A stretch of DNA of 64,000 nucleotides. Origin: Alphaproteobacteria bacterium (GTDB taxonomy: Bacteria > Pseudomonadota > Alphaproteobacteria > RF32 > CAG-239). The position numbers and the translations under genes are program-made. Shown piece by piece: positions 8,306 to 18,073 of the stretch. The notes beneath the pieces are model-generated. The model saw only the letters and a list, made by a program, of their open reading frames with translations. It was not told where the DNA came from and did no database searches. Every line of letters begins with the position of its first letter. Positions within the stretch are counted from its first letter, which is position 1. The stretch spans positions 99,578 through 163,577 of the forward strand of contig JAGBHO010000047.1 of assembly GCA_017935485.1 (NCBI GenBank), written 5' to 3'.

Positions 8306-10208
8306 TGATCAATCTCCTTGCCCGAGTGTTGTTGCGGTGTGACAGCCAGAGGTGAACTGCGGCGATAAGCAGCAGGAGCAGCAACGGAACGATGACGGTG
8401 TTTATCAGGGCAACCATATGTTCGCGGTGCGTGACTTCCGACTTTATCTGGTATTCTATGCGGCGGAGTTCGTTTTTCTCCTGCCGGATTTTGTTTTTAA
8501 GAGCGTCGATTTCGCCGAGCGTCTGTGCCGTGCCGAAAGCGGAGTTGCTTTCCAACATTATGTTAATCGTATCTAATTTGCGTTGGTTTTCTTCCAGCCG
8601 TCCGTTGATTTCTTTATATGCTTTTTCGCGGGTTTTAAGGCCGCTCTGATAAAAGATGTCAGCCAGCGTTTGGCGGCTGCCGCCGTATTTTTTGGCGGCA
8701 ACGTTCATGGCGCCGGAGTTTCCGCTCAGAAAATCGACGGCTCTTTGGATAAAGTCAAAATTGTTATTGACCGGTGTCAGGTTATAGTCATTTTCAGCGT
8801 AATCGCCGGCGTTTTCGCTTTCGGTCCAGTTTCTGACGTCCAAAATATCAGAATCGGAAACGGCGATGATTTGCGCCGGTGCGACCGAAGTGGTTAAAAA
8901 CGGCAGGATTTGTTTGGCATAAGCGCTGTTTTCCAAAGGATTTTTGGCAAAAATGGTGTGATATGAGCCCTGAGACAGCGCGGCGGCGGAATATGCCTGC
9001 TTTTTGACATCCATATAACGCAGGACGTCGGCCTTAGGGGCAAATTTGACCAGATCGGCCGCGGTCAGCATGGTGTTTTCAGATGTGACCAGCAGGCTTT
9101 CGGCCGTGTGGCCGTCTTCGTCTTTTAAGGCAAAAGCGCCGGGGCTTTTTAAGAAAATGCTGTTCAGTCCGGCAGTCAACGGCGATTGCGGGTTAAGGTG
9201 CGGGGCTTTTATCTTTATCCACGGATAGTAGATATGATTTCGGGCATCAGTATTTTCGGTGGCGGCAAAGAAGGCTTCCACTGCTTGTTCGCGGTCGCCC
9301 AAAACCTGTTCCGATATATAATGGATGCCGAGATTGTCGAGAAGTGCGTTCAGGTTAAGTTTTTCATCCGGAATGCCGGGGTGAAGGCGTTTTTTGACCT
9401 CAGAAGCAGGATCAACAATCAAAAGCAAACGTCCGCCGCGCAGGATGTATTGGTCAAGGGCATAGATGAACAAAGACGGGAGTTTTCCTGTTGCAACGAC
9501 AATCAAAACGTCAACATTCGGAATTTCCGCAGTTGTTGTGGAAATCGGCGCTATGGTATAATCTTTGGCCAAAAGGTTTACGAAAGTCCAGTTTTGTTTT
9601 TTTTCGGCATTCATGAAGCCGGAATTGACAAGCGGCAGATCCGAAGCAATTCCGATGATTTTGCGTTTGGGCATGAGAATATTCGAAACGGCACGGCTGA
9701 GGTCATTTTCCAGATAATTCAGCCGCTGCGGCGAAAACTGCGGAATACTGTATGAGCGGCCTTTGTCATCACTGAAAACGGCGCCGAAGTAAAGTTTTTC
9801 GGTTTTGCTGTCTGCCAAAGGAACCAGTCCGGCGGCTTTTGCCTCGCTTTCGATATTGCTGTAGGGTTCGGGATCCAGAATTTCCAATTTTATCAGATGC
9901 CCGGATTTGTCCTGATAACGTCCCAGCAAACGGATAACGTTTTGAGCGTATTGAGCGAGAACCGGATTTTGGCGGGAGATTTGCGAAGAAAGGTAAAGTT
10001 TGACGTATATCGGTTTGTTTACGCCGGCAATAATCTCTTCCGAACGCGGGCTCAGGGTGTTCAGGCGGTCAGAGGTCAAATCGGCGCGGCTGCCGGAGAA
10101 CAATGCGCCAGAGGTCGTGTTTATCAGGATAAAAGAGGCCAAAAGCAATAAGGCAAAAAGGCAGATGATAATGCTGTTTTGTATTTTTTGAATTGTTGAT
10201 TTTTGCAT
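8298..10208 (-). CDS. GldG-family ABC-transport auxiliary protein
   Basis: Large protein with N- and C-terminal TM helices immediately downstream of the ABC-2 permease. Start set at ATG 10208, preceded by AGGAG (the track ORF starts at 10238 and overlaps the permease gene). Confidence 0.65.
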   Translation of the reverse strand: MQKSTIQKIQNSIIICLFALLLLASFILINTTSGALFSGSRADLTSDRLNTLSPRSEEIIAGVNKPIYVKLYLSSQISRQNPVLAQYAQNVIRLLGRYQDKSGHLIKLEILDPEPYSNIESEAKAAGLVPLADSKTEKLYFGAVFSDDKGRSYSIPQFSPQRLNYLENDLSRAVSNILMPKRKIIGIASDLPLVNSGFMNAEKKQNWTFVNLLAKDYTIAPISTTTAEIPNVDVLIVVATGKLPSLFIYALDQYILRGGRLLLIVDPASEVKKRLHPGIPDEKLNLNALLDNLGIHYISEQVLGDREQAVEAFFAATENTDARNHIYYPWIKIKAPHLNPQSPLTAGLNSIFLKSPGAFALKDEDGHTAESLLVTSENTMLTAADLVKFAPKADVLRYMDVKKQAYSAAALSQGSYHTIFAKNPLENSAYAKQILPFLTTSVAPAQIIAVSDSDILDVRNWTESENAGDYAENDYNLTPVNNNFDFIQRAVDFLSGNSGAMNVAAKKYGGSRQTLADIFYQSGLKTREKAYKEINGRLEENQRKLDTINIMLESNSAFGTAQTLGEIDALKNKIRQEKNELRRIEYQIKSEVTHREHMVALINTVIVPLLLLLLIAAVHLWLSHRNNTRARRLINE

Positions 10209-10218
10209 TTTCAGGCTC

Positions 10219-10950
10219 CTAACTGCGTTTGTATTCAATGGTTATCCGGTTGAGCCATAGTGTCAAGACCGTGATGCTTGCATAATATATTATATTATCC
10301 AGCCCGAGCTGCCCGTTCAGCAGCGTACTTTGGTGATAGAAGAAGTTTAACGACTGGGTAAAGCGGATAATCAGGCTTCCTGACAAATTCAGCCCGTTAA
10401 AAATAAAGTTATAGTTTACGATAATCAATAACGTGAGCAATAAAACACTGCCCAAATAAGCGACAATCGGGCTTTTGTTGAAGGCGGACACCATACAGCC
10501 GACAGCGCACATACTGCCGCTGATCAGAAAGCAGCCAAAGTAAGAGGCGGCAATGTTCAGGTTGTCGGCAGGCAAAGCGGCGGCGGTATAGAGCCAGAGC
10601 GGAAAGGTGCAGACCAGCATCAGCAGGCACAATCCCCAGGCGGCAAGAAATTTGCCGATAACGACGGAAGTGTAAGACAAAGGACGGGTCAGGAGCAGTT
10701 CTATGCTGCCGGTTTTGTATTCATCTGCCCACAGCCGCATGGTCAGAGCCGGAACAACAAGCATCAGGATGTTTACCTGAAAATAAAAAAAGGAGAACAA
10801 ACCGGTGTTTATGATGTCAAAATACAGACCGAGATAAAAGGTGCAGAACATACTCAGAAAAAGATAAATGCCCAGAACAAAATAGGCCAGACGGGTGCGG
10901 AAAAACGAGCAGAATTCTTTTTGAAAAATTAAATTAATCTGTTTGAGCAT
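10219..10950 (-). CDS. ABC-2 type transporter permease
   Basis: 243-aa polytopic membrane protein directly downstream of the ABC ATPase gene. Confidence 0.7.
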   Translation of the reverse strand: MLKQINLIFQKEFCSFFRTRLAYFVLGIYLFLSMFCTFYLGLYFDIINTGLFSFFYFQVNILMLVVPALTMRLWADEYKTGSIELLLTRPLSYTSVVIGKFLAAWGLCLLMLVCTFPLWLYTAAALPADNLNIAASYFGCFLISGSMCAVGCMVSAFNKSPIVAYLGSVLLLTLLIIVNYNFIFNGLNLSGSLIIRFTQSLNFFYHQSTLLNGQLGLDNIIYYASITVLTLWLNRITIEYKRS

Positions 10951-10964
10951 TGTATTCTCCGGAC

Positions 10965-11684
10965 TTATTGTTTTTGTCGGGTTATGTTGCGGAAAGCGGT
11001 TTCCAGACTGTTGTCCGGACTTAATTCGCTTAAAAGCGCAGCGGTTGTGTCTTTTATCAGTTTGCCGCGATTGAGCAAAAGCACGCGGGAGGACAGAGCG
11101 GTCACCTCTTCCATGATGTGGGTGGAAATGATGACAATATTCTTTTGAGCGTAGTCTTTCAGAAATTGCCTGAGCGAAAATTTCTGGTTGGGGTCAAGCC
11201 CTTCTGCCGGTTCATCCAAAATCAAAATACGGGGGGACGATGTTAAGGTGCCGGCAATGGCGACCCGCCGTTTGAAGCCTTTGGATAAGGTTTCGCATTT
11301 TTGGGTCAGGACGTCAGACAACTCAAATTGCCGAGCGAGTTCTGCAATTTTTTTGCCGGCTTCCGTCGACGAAAGACCGCCGGCCGCCGCCATGAATTTT
11401 AAAAACTCAAAAACGGTCATCTCGCCGTAGAGAGGAGCGTTTTCCGGTACGTAACCGAGTTCGGAAAGAATCTGCCGGCGGGAATTGTTGTAGTTTTGTT
11501 TGAAAATTTCAATCTCTCCGGCCGTAGGGTCAATGCAGCCGGACAGCAGGCGCATCAGCGTTGATTTTCCGGCGCCGTTCGGTCCCAGAAGCGCCACAAT
11601 TTCTCCGCGTCTGACGGTAAAGTTTATATTGTTCAGCGCTTTTATGCTGTTAAAATCTTTGCACAGGTTTTTGACTGTAATCAT
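10965..11684 (-). CDS. ABC transporter ATP-binding protein
   Basis: Walker A GPNGAGKST, ABC signature LSKGFKRRV, Walker B ILILDEP. Confidence 0.9.
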   Translation of the reverse strand: MITVKNLCKDFNSIKALNNINFTVRRGEIVALLGPNGAGKSTLMRLLSGCIDPTAGEIEIFKQNYNNSRRQILSELGYVPENAPLYGEMTVFEFLKFMAAAGGLSSTEAGKKIAELARQFELSDVLTQKCETLSKGFKRRVAIAGTLTSSPRILILDEPAEGLDPNQKFSLRQFLKDYAQKNIVIISTHIMEEVTALSSRVLLLNRGKLIKDTTAALLSELSPDNSLETAFRNITRQKQ

Positions 11685-11843
11685 TGTTTTTTATCCGGCT
11701 TTGTTTGTGGTTCCGTCTTTATATTAGCAAGTTAATTTTAAATTTTAACAACTTTTTTCATTTTTTCAAAAAGGTTGGTGACAAAAAGGTTATTTTACTT
11801 TATTTATATATGCAAAACGAAAAAATATTTTATCGGAGTTGAA

Positions 11844-12332
11844 ATGTCTGAAGAAGTTTATTCCAAAGAAGAAGCCCGTTCCCTGAAAACAGGGCTGTGG
11901 GTGGCTTTGTTCCTGATTGCCGTCGGAGCGCTGTTTGTGGCCGGGCGCAAAAATATTGAGCATGCCGAGGGCGGAAAATATTATTCCGTAATGGCGCGTT
12001 ATAATCGTACGGACGGCCTTTTGGTCGGCGATTTGGTGCGTTTGGCCGGAATGACCGTCGGGCGCGTGGTCGATGCCAAGCTGGATGACAATTTTAAAGC
12101 CATATTGACTTTGGAGATTAAGGACGGAGTTAATATTCCCGATGACAGCAGCGCTTCAATTGTCAGTTCGGGGCTGATGGGGCCGAAGTATATTGAAATT
12201 GAGGCCGGCGGATCCGAGGATTATATTCCGGCCGGCGGCGAGTTTTCTTACACTCAGGATGCCATGGTTATTGAAGAACTGCTTGACAGAATCGTCAGCA
12301 TCGGCAAAGCTAATCGTAATAAAAATAAATAA
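11844..12332 (+). CDS. mlaD: MlaD-family (MCE domain) protein, copy 1
   Basis: N-terminal TM helix followed by an MCE-like core (GLLVGDLVRLAGMTVGRVV...SSGLMGPKYIEIE). Start at the internal ATG 11844. Confidence 0.7.
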   Translation: MSEEVYSKEEARSLKTGLWVALFLIAVGALFVAGRKNIEHAEGGKYYSVMARYNRTDGLLVGDLVRLAGMTVGRVVDAKLDDNFKAILTLEIKDGVNIPDDSSASIVSSGLMGPKYIEIEAGGSEDYIPAGGEFSYTQDAMVIEELLDRIVSIGKANRNKNK

Positions 12333-12358
12333 TTGTGTAATTTAAGGAGTTGGAGTTT

Positions 12359-12823
12359 ATGAATAAGAAGCCTGTAGAAACAATCATGGGTATTGTCGTG
12401 GTTCTGGTGGCCGCGTTCTTCCTGTATTTTGCTTATAATGTTTCGGATTTGCAAGTGGTTAAGGGATACACTGTTACGGCGAAGTTTTTGAAAGTCGGCG
12501 GTTTGAACGTGGGATCTGACGTGAGAATCAACGGCATTAAGGTCGGTACGGTTATCGGACAAACTTTGGATAATGAGGATTATTCCGCCGATGTCAAGAT
12601 GAGTCTGGCTTCCAACATTGAACTGCCGGTTGACAGTACGGCCGTTATTGTCGGCGACGGTTTGGTCGGTGACAAGTTTATTAAAATTGAGCCGGGAAAA
12701 GAAAACGTTTTTCTGAAAGACGGCGACGTTATTAAAAATACTAAAGACTTTAAGACTTTGGAAGATATGGTCGGTGAAATTATTTTTATGGTGACCGATA
12801 ATGGCAGCAGCGAGAATAAATAG
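12359..12823 (+). CDS. mlaD: MlaD-family (MCE domain) protein, copy 2
   Basis: Same architecture as copy 1 (GGLNVGSDVRINGIKVGTV...GLVGDKFIKIEPG). ATG 12359 lies 9 nt after AAGGAG. Confidence 0.7.
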   Translation: MNKKPVETIMGIVVVLVAAFFLYFAYNVSDLQVVKGYTVTAKFLKVGGLNVGSDVRINGIKVGTVIGQTLDNEDYSADVKMSLASNIELPVDSTAVIVGDGLVGDKFIKIEPGKENVFLKDGDVIKNTKDFKTLEDMVGEIIFMVTDNGSSENK

Positions 12824-13943
12824 ATTTTTGGGTGTGACCGCGCTCTGCTCCGCTTTTTTTGCGGGGAGCGCCGGTGCACGCGAAATCGCCATGAATACGG
12901 CGCAATTGCAGGCAATGGACAAGATTACCGGCAAGGTATCGATTGTGGAAGTGCCGGTTAACGGGCGGGCCGAGTACGGGACTTTTTCTATTGTCGTACG
13001 TTCCTGCAAGACCAGATCTCCGGAAGAAACGCCCGAGAATTTTGCCTATGTTGACGTGGTGGACAATTATCAGACGGAGAATCCGGTCAATATTTTTCGC
13101 GGCTGGATGATGTCTTCTTCTCCGGCGCTTAATGCCGTGGCTCATCCGATTTATGACGTGTGGCTTCTTAAATGTTTGAATACGGAAGTTGACAAGACCA
13201 AGCTTCTGACTGAGGAAGAACTGAAAATCCGCAACAGTATTGCACAAAAGGCCGAAGATGACAAAGGTCCTTCCCTGCCCCGTCCGCGAAAAGAAAGTGT
13301 GGCCGAGGCGGAAGCCGCAGCGCAGAAAGCTTTGGAAGAAAAAGTTATTGCCGGCGGAAGTGCGGTGGAGAATCCGGCTGTTGCCGATGAAGCCCCGCTG
13401 AGCATAGAGGAAGAAGCCGAAAAAGCCATTGCCGAGTTTCAAACCGCGAAAAATGCGGCAGAACAACCGGCAGCAGAAAGCACAGGCGAAGAGACTTTAT
13501 CAGATTTGCCGGCAGATGCCGATGCTCCAAAGGCTTTGATTAAGATTAACAATGACGGGACGGCCGAGGCTCCGAAATATGAAGCAAAACCGGCAGCCGA
13601 GCCGGCTGAGGAATTGCCGGGCGATTTTATTGTCATTAAAAAAGGCGGCGAAGATGAAGCGCTTTCTGAGGCAGACAATATGAAAGACGGCGGTGAAGAA
13701 GGCATTGTCCTGACGCCGGAACATGAGGCCATGCTGCCGGAATTGTTAAAAAATGCCAAGCCGATTTCTCCCGAAGAACTGGAAGATACGGAGATTCATG
13801 AAGAAAAAGGTATGGCTGAGGAAATTCCGTTGGTTACCAGTGATGAGATTGAGGAAAACGGCATGATTGACGAAGATCAGCTGATTGAACTTGAAGCGCC
13901 GGAGCCCAAACTGGACATTCAGGCAGAATCGCTGGCAGAATAG
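12801..13943 (+). CDS. DUF2155-like periplasmic protein with a long acidic low-complexity C-terminal extension
   Basis: Signal peptide, then a core (LQAMDKITGKVSIVEVPVNG...FSIVVRSCKTRSPEETPENFAYVDV...FRGWMMSSSPALNAVAHPIYDVWLLKC) that matches remembered DUF2155 proteins found next to mlaD in alphaproteobacteria. About 230 further residues are rich in E, A, P and K. Confidence 0.6.
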   Translation: MAAARINRFLGVTALCSAFFAGSAGAREIAMNTAQLQAMDKITGKVSIVEVPVNGRAEYGTFSIVVRSCKTRSPEETPENFAYVDVVDNYQTENPVNIFRGWMMSSSPALNAVAHPIYDVWLLKCLNTEVDKTKLLTEEELKIRNSIAQKAEDDKGPSLPRPRKESVAEAEAAAQKALEEKVIAGGSAVENPAVADEAPLSIEEEAEKAIAEFQTAKNAAEQPAAESTGEETLSDLPADADAPKALIKINNDGTAEAPKYEAKPAAEPAEELPGDFIVIKKGGEDEALSEADNMKDGGEEGIVLTPEHEAMLPELLKNAKPISPEELEDTEIHEEKGMAEEIPLVTSDEIEENGMIDEDQLIELEAPEPKLDIQAESLAE

Positions 13944-13960
13944 TCTGAGGTTTGAGACAC

Positions 13961-13997
13961 AAAATCCCCTGACCTGTGTAAGGCCGGGGGATTTTTG
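13961..13997 (+). terminator. rho-independent terminator
   Basis: Stem AAAATCCCC (13961-13969) / GGGGGATTTT (13986-13995) running into a T-rich tract. Confidence 0.6.
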
Positions 13998-14147
13998 TAT
14001 TATCCGAAAGTTCTTTGAAACCAGTTAAAGCGTTTTTTATAAGCTTTATGACAATCCGGATGGGCTGAGTTTCCGGCCATTTCTTTTGCAATCGGTGCGG
14101 GAGCCAAAGAAATTATCAAACAGGCGTCAGACCAGCTCATGTTTGGA

Positions 14148-14372
14148 TTATACTTTATATAAAGCGGCTCTTGAAAAATAACATCCTTTCAGTACACACT
14201 CAGCAACCACACCTTTTTTGAGCCATTCCAGCCAGAATTTTTCCCGATTTTTATCCGTTCTCAGTTCTTTTTGACATTCAAGAAGGGCATGAATTTTATG
14301 TGTCAAGCAATAACTCCAGTATTGGTCTTTATCTTGTTCATATAAAAAACTTTGAGCTTCGTTTTTTGTCAA
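14148..14372 (-). CDS. small hypothetical ORF downstream of trkH
   Basis: 74-codon ORF starting at TTG, 4 nt after the trkH stop. No motif recognised, so coding status is doubtful. Confidence 0.25.
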   Translation of the reverse strand: MTKNEAQSFLYEQDKDQYWSYCLTHKIHALLECQKELRTDKNREKFWLEWLKKGVVAECVLKGCYFSRAALYKV

Positions 14373-14375
14373 TTT

Positions 14376-15821
14376 TTATTGTTTCCAGAAATTGCGGGTC
14401 ATAATAACCAGAATTGTCATGATTTCCAGCCGGCCGAGCAGCATGGCGAAAGAAAGAATATATTTGCAATATTCGCTTAACGAACTGTAATTGCCGACGG
14501 GGCCGATGATTTTCCCGATTCCGGGGCCGGTATTGGTAATGCAGCCGATGACGGCGCTGAAAGCCGTTGTGAAGTCCAGATCGGCAAGAGCCAAAAGGCA
14601 GGTCAGAACGACAATGCTGAAAAAATATGCCGAAAGGAAAACAAAAACAGAGGCAACGACTTTGGTGTCGCTGGTTAAGTTGCCGATTTTGACCGGAACA
14701 ATCCGGTTGGGCTCAACGGCTGAAATCAGGTGTTTTTTGACAAAGGCGATTACAACCTGCCAGCGAAAGATTTTTATAGAGCCGGTTGTGGAGCCGGTGC
14801 AGCCGCCGGTTAAGGCAAATATCAGAAAGATAACGCTGCTGAGGTTGCCCCACAACAGATAGTCGGTTGAGGCATAACCGGTGGTGGAGGTTACGGAAAC
14901 GACGTTAAACGAAGCAAAGCGCAGTGCCGTCCAAAAGTTCGGATAGTAGTCTGACAGCCAGAGCCACAATGTTGTTGCCAGAATGTAAAAGGTCAGCAAT
15001 TTGAAGAAAAAGGCAACCTGAGCCGCCCGCAAAGAATGGATATTTTTGTTAATGATAACAACATAATAATAAGTCAGCGGCAAAGAGCCTAAAAACATAA
15101 ATACGGTAATGACGGCATCTATGGTTGCACTGTTATAAAAAGCAATTGAGCTGTCTTTGGTGGAAAAGCCGCAGGTTGCAACAGTGCTCAGAGCATGATT
15201 CAAGGCATCAAACCAGTTCATGCCGAAGAATTTTAACGATAAAAAACAGCAGAGAAGCAACAGCAGGTAAATAAAAATGATTCTTTTGGCCAGATAGCTG
15301 AGTTTGGGCATCAGCTTGTCATTAAAGTCAGAACTTTCGTGTTGGAAAATCTGCATACCGCCGATGCCCAAGAACGGCAGCATGGCAATGGCAAAGACCA
15401 CAATCCCTACTCCGCCCAACCCGCAAAGCAGTGAACGCCACAACAGAACGGAACGCGGAAGTTCTTCCAGATTGGCAAAAATGGTGGCGCCGGTGCCGGT
15501 TAATCCGGAAGCGGATTCGAACAAGGCATCGGCAAAAGTATGAGAAGCTCCGGTTTGTACAAACGGAAAGGCCGAGATTACAATAACACAAATCCAGCTG
15601 CCTGCCGTCAAAAGGTATCCCTGCTGAAGGCTGAGCTTTTTGATTTCCGTGTGATTGGCCAGAAATAATGAAACGCCGAGAAACAGCGCTATAATTGACG
15701 AATTGAGAAAATATGACCAGCGGCTGCCGGTATCATAGATGTCAAGAGCGGCGGGAATCAACATGGCCAGCCCCATAATGCTCATGAAAAAGCCGCTGAC
15801 CATGAAAACCGGCTGCCACAT
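14376..15821 (-). CDS. trkH: TrkH-family potassium uptake protein
   Basis: 481-aa polytopic membrane protein with repeated selectivity-filter-like motifs (SGLTGTGAT, TCGFSTKD, TTGYAST, GSTTGSIK). Confidence 0.9.
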   Translation of the reverse strand: MWQPVFMVSGFFMSIMGLAMLIPAALDIYDTGSRWSYFLNSSIIALFLGVSLFLANHTEIKKLSLQQGYLLTAGSWICVIVISAFPFVQTGASHTFADALFESASGLTGTGATIFANLEELPRSVLLWRSLLCGLGGVGIVVFAIAMLPFLGIGGMQIFQHESSDFNDKLMPKLSYLAKRIIFIYLLLLLCCFLSLKFFGMNWFDALNHALSTVATCGFSTKDSSIAFYNSATIDAVITVFMFLGSLPLTYYYVVIINKNIHSLRAAQVAFFFKLLTFYILATTLWLWLSDYYPNFWTALRFASFNVVSVTSTTGYASTDYLLWGNLSSVIFLIFALTGGCTGSTTGSIKIFRWQVVIAFVKKHLISAVEPNRIVPVKIGNLTSDTKVVASVFVFLSAYFFSIVVLTCLLALADLDFTTAFSAVIGCITNTGPGIGKIIGPVGNYSSLSEYCKYILSFAMLLGRLEIMTILVIMTRNFWKQ

Positions 15822-15825
15822 GTTT

Positions 15826-16689
15826 TTATCTTTCCAAAGCTACGTTTTTGGAATAGCCGCTGTCAACCATCTCATGATTGAGGTTTTTGCCGTTGGCAAA
15901 GCACAAAGCCGTGGCGTATCCTTGTTTGGTGTAGGCTTCGGCAATGCATTTTACGGCGCTTCCGTCAATGAGTTTTTGCAGATAGGTTTTGGCTTCAATG
16001 CCTTTTGATGATGTCGGGTCGACATAAATGCCGAACAAAAAGATGGTATTGCCGTCAATAATGATTTCATTGGCATTGCGGACGCGGGCTTCTCCGCTGA
16101 ATTCCTGGGGTGTGACCAGATAAATCAGATCCAGCTTTTTTTGAGCCTTTTCTTTGGTATCTTCCGTCAGGACAGGTCGGGTCACGGGTTTGGGTTCAGC
16201 CGCTGAGGAAACGTCTTCCTGCGAAACGACCTGGGCAACGCGGATGTCATCCGGCTGCTGCATGATATCGATGGCGGCAGGTTCATTGTTTTGAGCTTTT
16301 TCAAACATTTGGCGGCGGATGGCTTGCGGATTGTTTTCCGGCAGGTTTACGATTTTACCGGCATTGTCCTCGCGGCCGCGGAAAGTGTCAATTGTTTGTT
16401 TGCCCAGATCTTTTACGGCATCGGGAATGATGTTTTTGCCGGTATCCTGTACTTTGTCTTTGACCGAGCTGAACAATCCCGTAATTTTGTGATAATACCA
16501 CAAGTGGACTTCGGCCGGTTTGGCGCCGATAAAAGTCGGAATGAGGTAAGCCAAGATCAGCAAGGGAATGACGATTGCCGGTTTGCGAAACGGAAAAGTT
16601 ACAAACATTACAAACTTATGCAGATATTTCGGAAATCCGGTCAGTTCAATCCGGTCGTTATCTCTTCTTCTCATTTTTAACACCTTCAT
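15826..16689 (-). CDS. membrane-anchored protein with a C-terminal SNase (thermonuclease)-like domain
   Basis: One TM helix. The C-terminal about 100 aa follow the SNase pattern (IIIDGNTIFLFGIYVDP...AKTYLQKLIDGSAVKC...GYATALCFANGKNLNHEMVDSGYS), but the canonical GIDAPE catalytic segment is replaced by GIYVDP. Confidence 0.45.
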   Translation of the reverse strand: MKVLKMRRRDNDRIELTGFPKYLHKFVMFVTFPFRKPAIVIPLLILAYLIPTFIGAKPAEVHLWYYHKITGLFSSVKDKVQDTGKNIIPDAVKDLGKQTIDTFRGREDNAGKIVNLPENNPQAIRRQMFEKAQNNEPAAIDIMQQPDDIRVAQVVSQEDVSSAAEPKPVTRPVLTEDTKEKAQKKLDLIYLVTPQEFSGEARVRNANEIIIDGNTIFLFGIYVDPTSSKGIEAKTYLQKLIDGSAVKCIAEAYTKQGYATALCFANGKNLNHEMVDSGYSKNVALER

Positions 16690-16789
16690 ATTTTGCGCCG
16701 GAACAAGGCCGCAAATTGTTTAATCATTTGCCGGAATTTTACTACGGGAATCGAAATACCTCAAGTAAAAAAATCAGGTTATGAGCGGG

Positions 16790-16824
16790 AAAATAATAAA
16801 AAAGGAAAGCCGGAGAGGCTTTCC
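16790..16824 (-). terminator. rho-independent terminator of the alcohol dehydrogenase gene
   Basis: Stem GGAAAGCC (16804-16811) / GGCTTTCC (16817-16824). On the minus strand it is followed by a long T-rich run. Confidence 0.7.
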
Positions 16825-16846
16825 GCGGATTATGGCGGACAGGCAC

Positions 16847-18007
16847 TTAGTTAACAGTGCCGCGGATGATGCAGGCCGCATTGTTTTGCAGCCGCTGTTC
16901 CGAGTCCGTATTGTATAAAAAGCTCATGGCGGCGAAAGAATTGGCGGAGAGAAGGTCGACTTCCTGTTGTGAAATTCCCCAGTTTGAGAGGTGCAAATCG
17001 CTCATGCCGATTTCGCGGATCAGCAGTTTTAACGCGTCAATAAACTCCTCCGGCTGTTCTCCCGGCCAGCCCATGACATGAGCCATATCGGCATAGCGGA
17101 TTTCTACTTTTTTGCGTTCTTTTTCCAACAAATAGCTGAAATACGGGATTGACATGGCGACCATGCCGGCACCGTGCGGTAATTGCGGATAATAGGCCGA
17201 GAGCGCATGGTCGATGGAATATTCGGCTGCACATTCGGATAAGGCCGCAATAATGCCGGCCTGAGCAGCGGCAACAGCCATTTCTTCCCTTGCTTGCAGA
17301 TTGGTGCCGTCAGCGACGGCTATCGGCAGGAAATGCGAGATTCTTCTGAGTGTGTCAAGGGCATATAAATCGCTTATCGGTTTGGCAACATTGGCCAGAT
17401 AGCCTTCGGCGGCATGAAAAAAGGCTTCCATGCCCTGATAAGCTGTCAAATGCGGCGGTACGGACAGCATGAGTTCCGGATCGACAACGGCAAGAACGGG
17501 AAAAGACTGCGGGCTGCCGAAAGCAATTTTTTCTTTGGTTTCACGATTGGAGATCATACACCATTGATTGGTTTCTGTTCCTGTTCCGGCCGTTGTCGGA
17601 ATGGCAATTACTGGCAGCACTTTTTCCACTATTTCTTTGCCTAATTTGGCGTAATCCCAATAAGTTCCGGGGTTGTTGACCATAATGGCGGCTGCTTTGG
17701 CCGTGTCTATAGCGCTGCCGCCGCCGAGGCCGATCAGCATATCGCATTTTTCATTGCGGGCGAATTCCGCCGCTTCCATGACTTGTGCGTCTGACGGATT
17801 GAGGGCGACTCTGTCGTAGACGGCAGAGTCAATACCGGCTCCTTCCAATATTTTCAAAACAACGCCGAGGTAACCGAGGTTGCGCATGGATTGCCCCTGT
17901 GTAATCAGGATCAGGGCTTTGCTGCCGGGGAAAGGATAATGAGAGAGTTCTTTTAAGCGGCCGCGGCCGAAGATCAGCCGGGTGGGCATATAATATTCAA
18001 AATGCAT
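16847..18007 (-). CDS. iron-containing (group III) alcohol dehydrogenase
   Basis: 386 aa. Has the GGGSAIDTAKAAA nucleotide-binding motif and conserved His-rich metal-site segments (HALSAYY, PHGAG). Confidence 0.85.
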   Translation of the reverse strand: MHFEYYMPTRLIFGRGRLKELSHYPFPGSKALILITQGQSMRNLGYLGVVLKILEGAGIDSAVYDRVALNPSDAQVMEAAEFARNEKCDMLIGLGGGSAIDTAKAAAIMVNNPGTYWDYAKLGKEIVEKVLPVIAIPTTAGTGTETNQWCMISNRETKEKIAFGSPQSFPVLAVVDPELMLSVPPHLTAYQGMEAFFHAAEGYLANVAKPISDLYALDTLRRISHFLPIAVADGTNLQAREEMAVAAAQAGIIAALSECAAEYSIDHALSAYYPQLPHGAGMVAMSIPYFSYLLEKERKKVEIRYADMAHVMGWPGEQPEEFIDALKLLIREIGMSDLHLSNWGISQQEVDLLSANSFAAMSFLYNTDSEQRLQNNAACIIRGTVN

Positions 18008-18073
18008 AAAATTTTCTCCTTAATATGACGGTTAAATCATATATAAGGAGAAAAAGGGCGTTTTCAATTAAAA

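Noticed and set aside
12254-13466. Long antisense ORFs (12254..13009, 12786..13466, and similar ones at 9186..9755, 19636..20292, 32261..32878, 42555..43331, 52430..53155, 55379..55993, 62498..62962)
   Set aside because: Each lies opposite a gene with clear family motifs. Their translations are low-complexity or motif-free, typical shadow ORFs.
13834-14091. 85-aa minus-strand ORF overlapping the 3' end of the DUF2155-like gene and its terminator
   Set aside because: It overlaps a supported gene and a terminator hairpin and has no motif. It is probably spurious.
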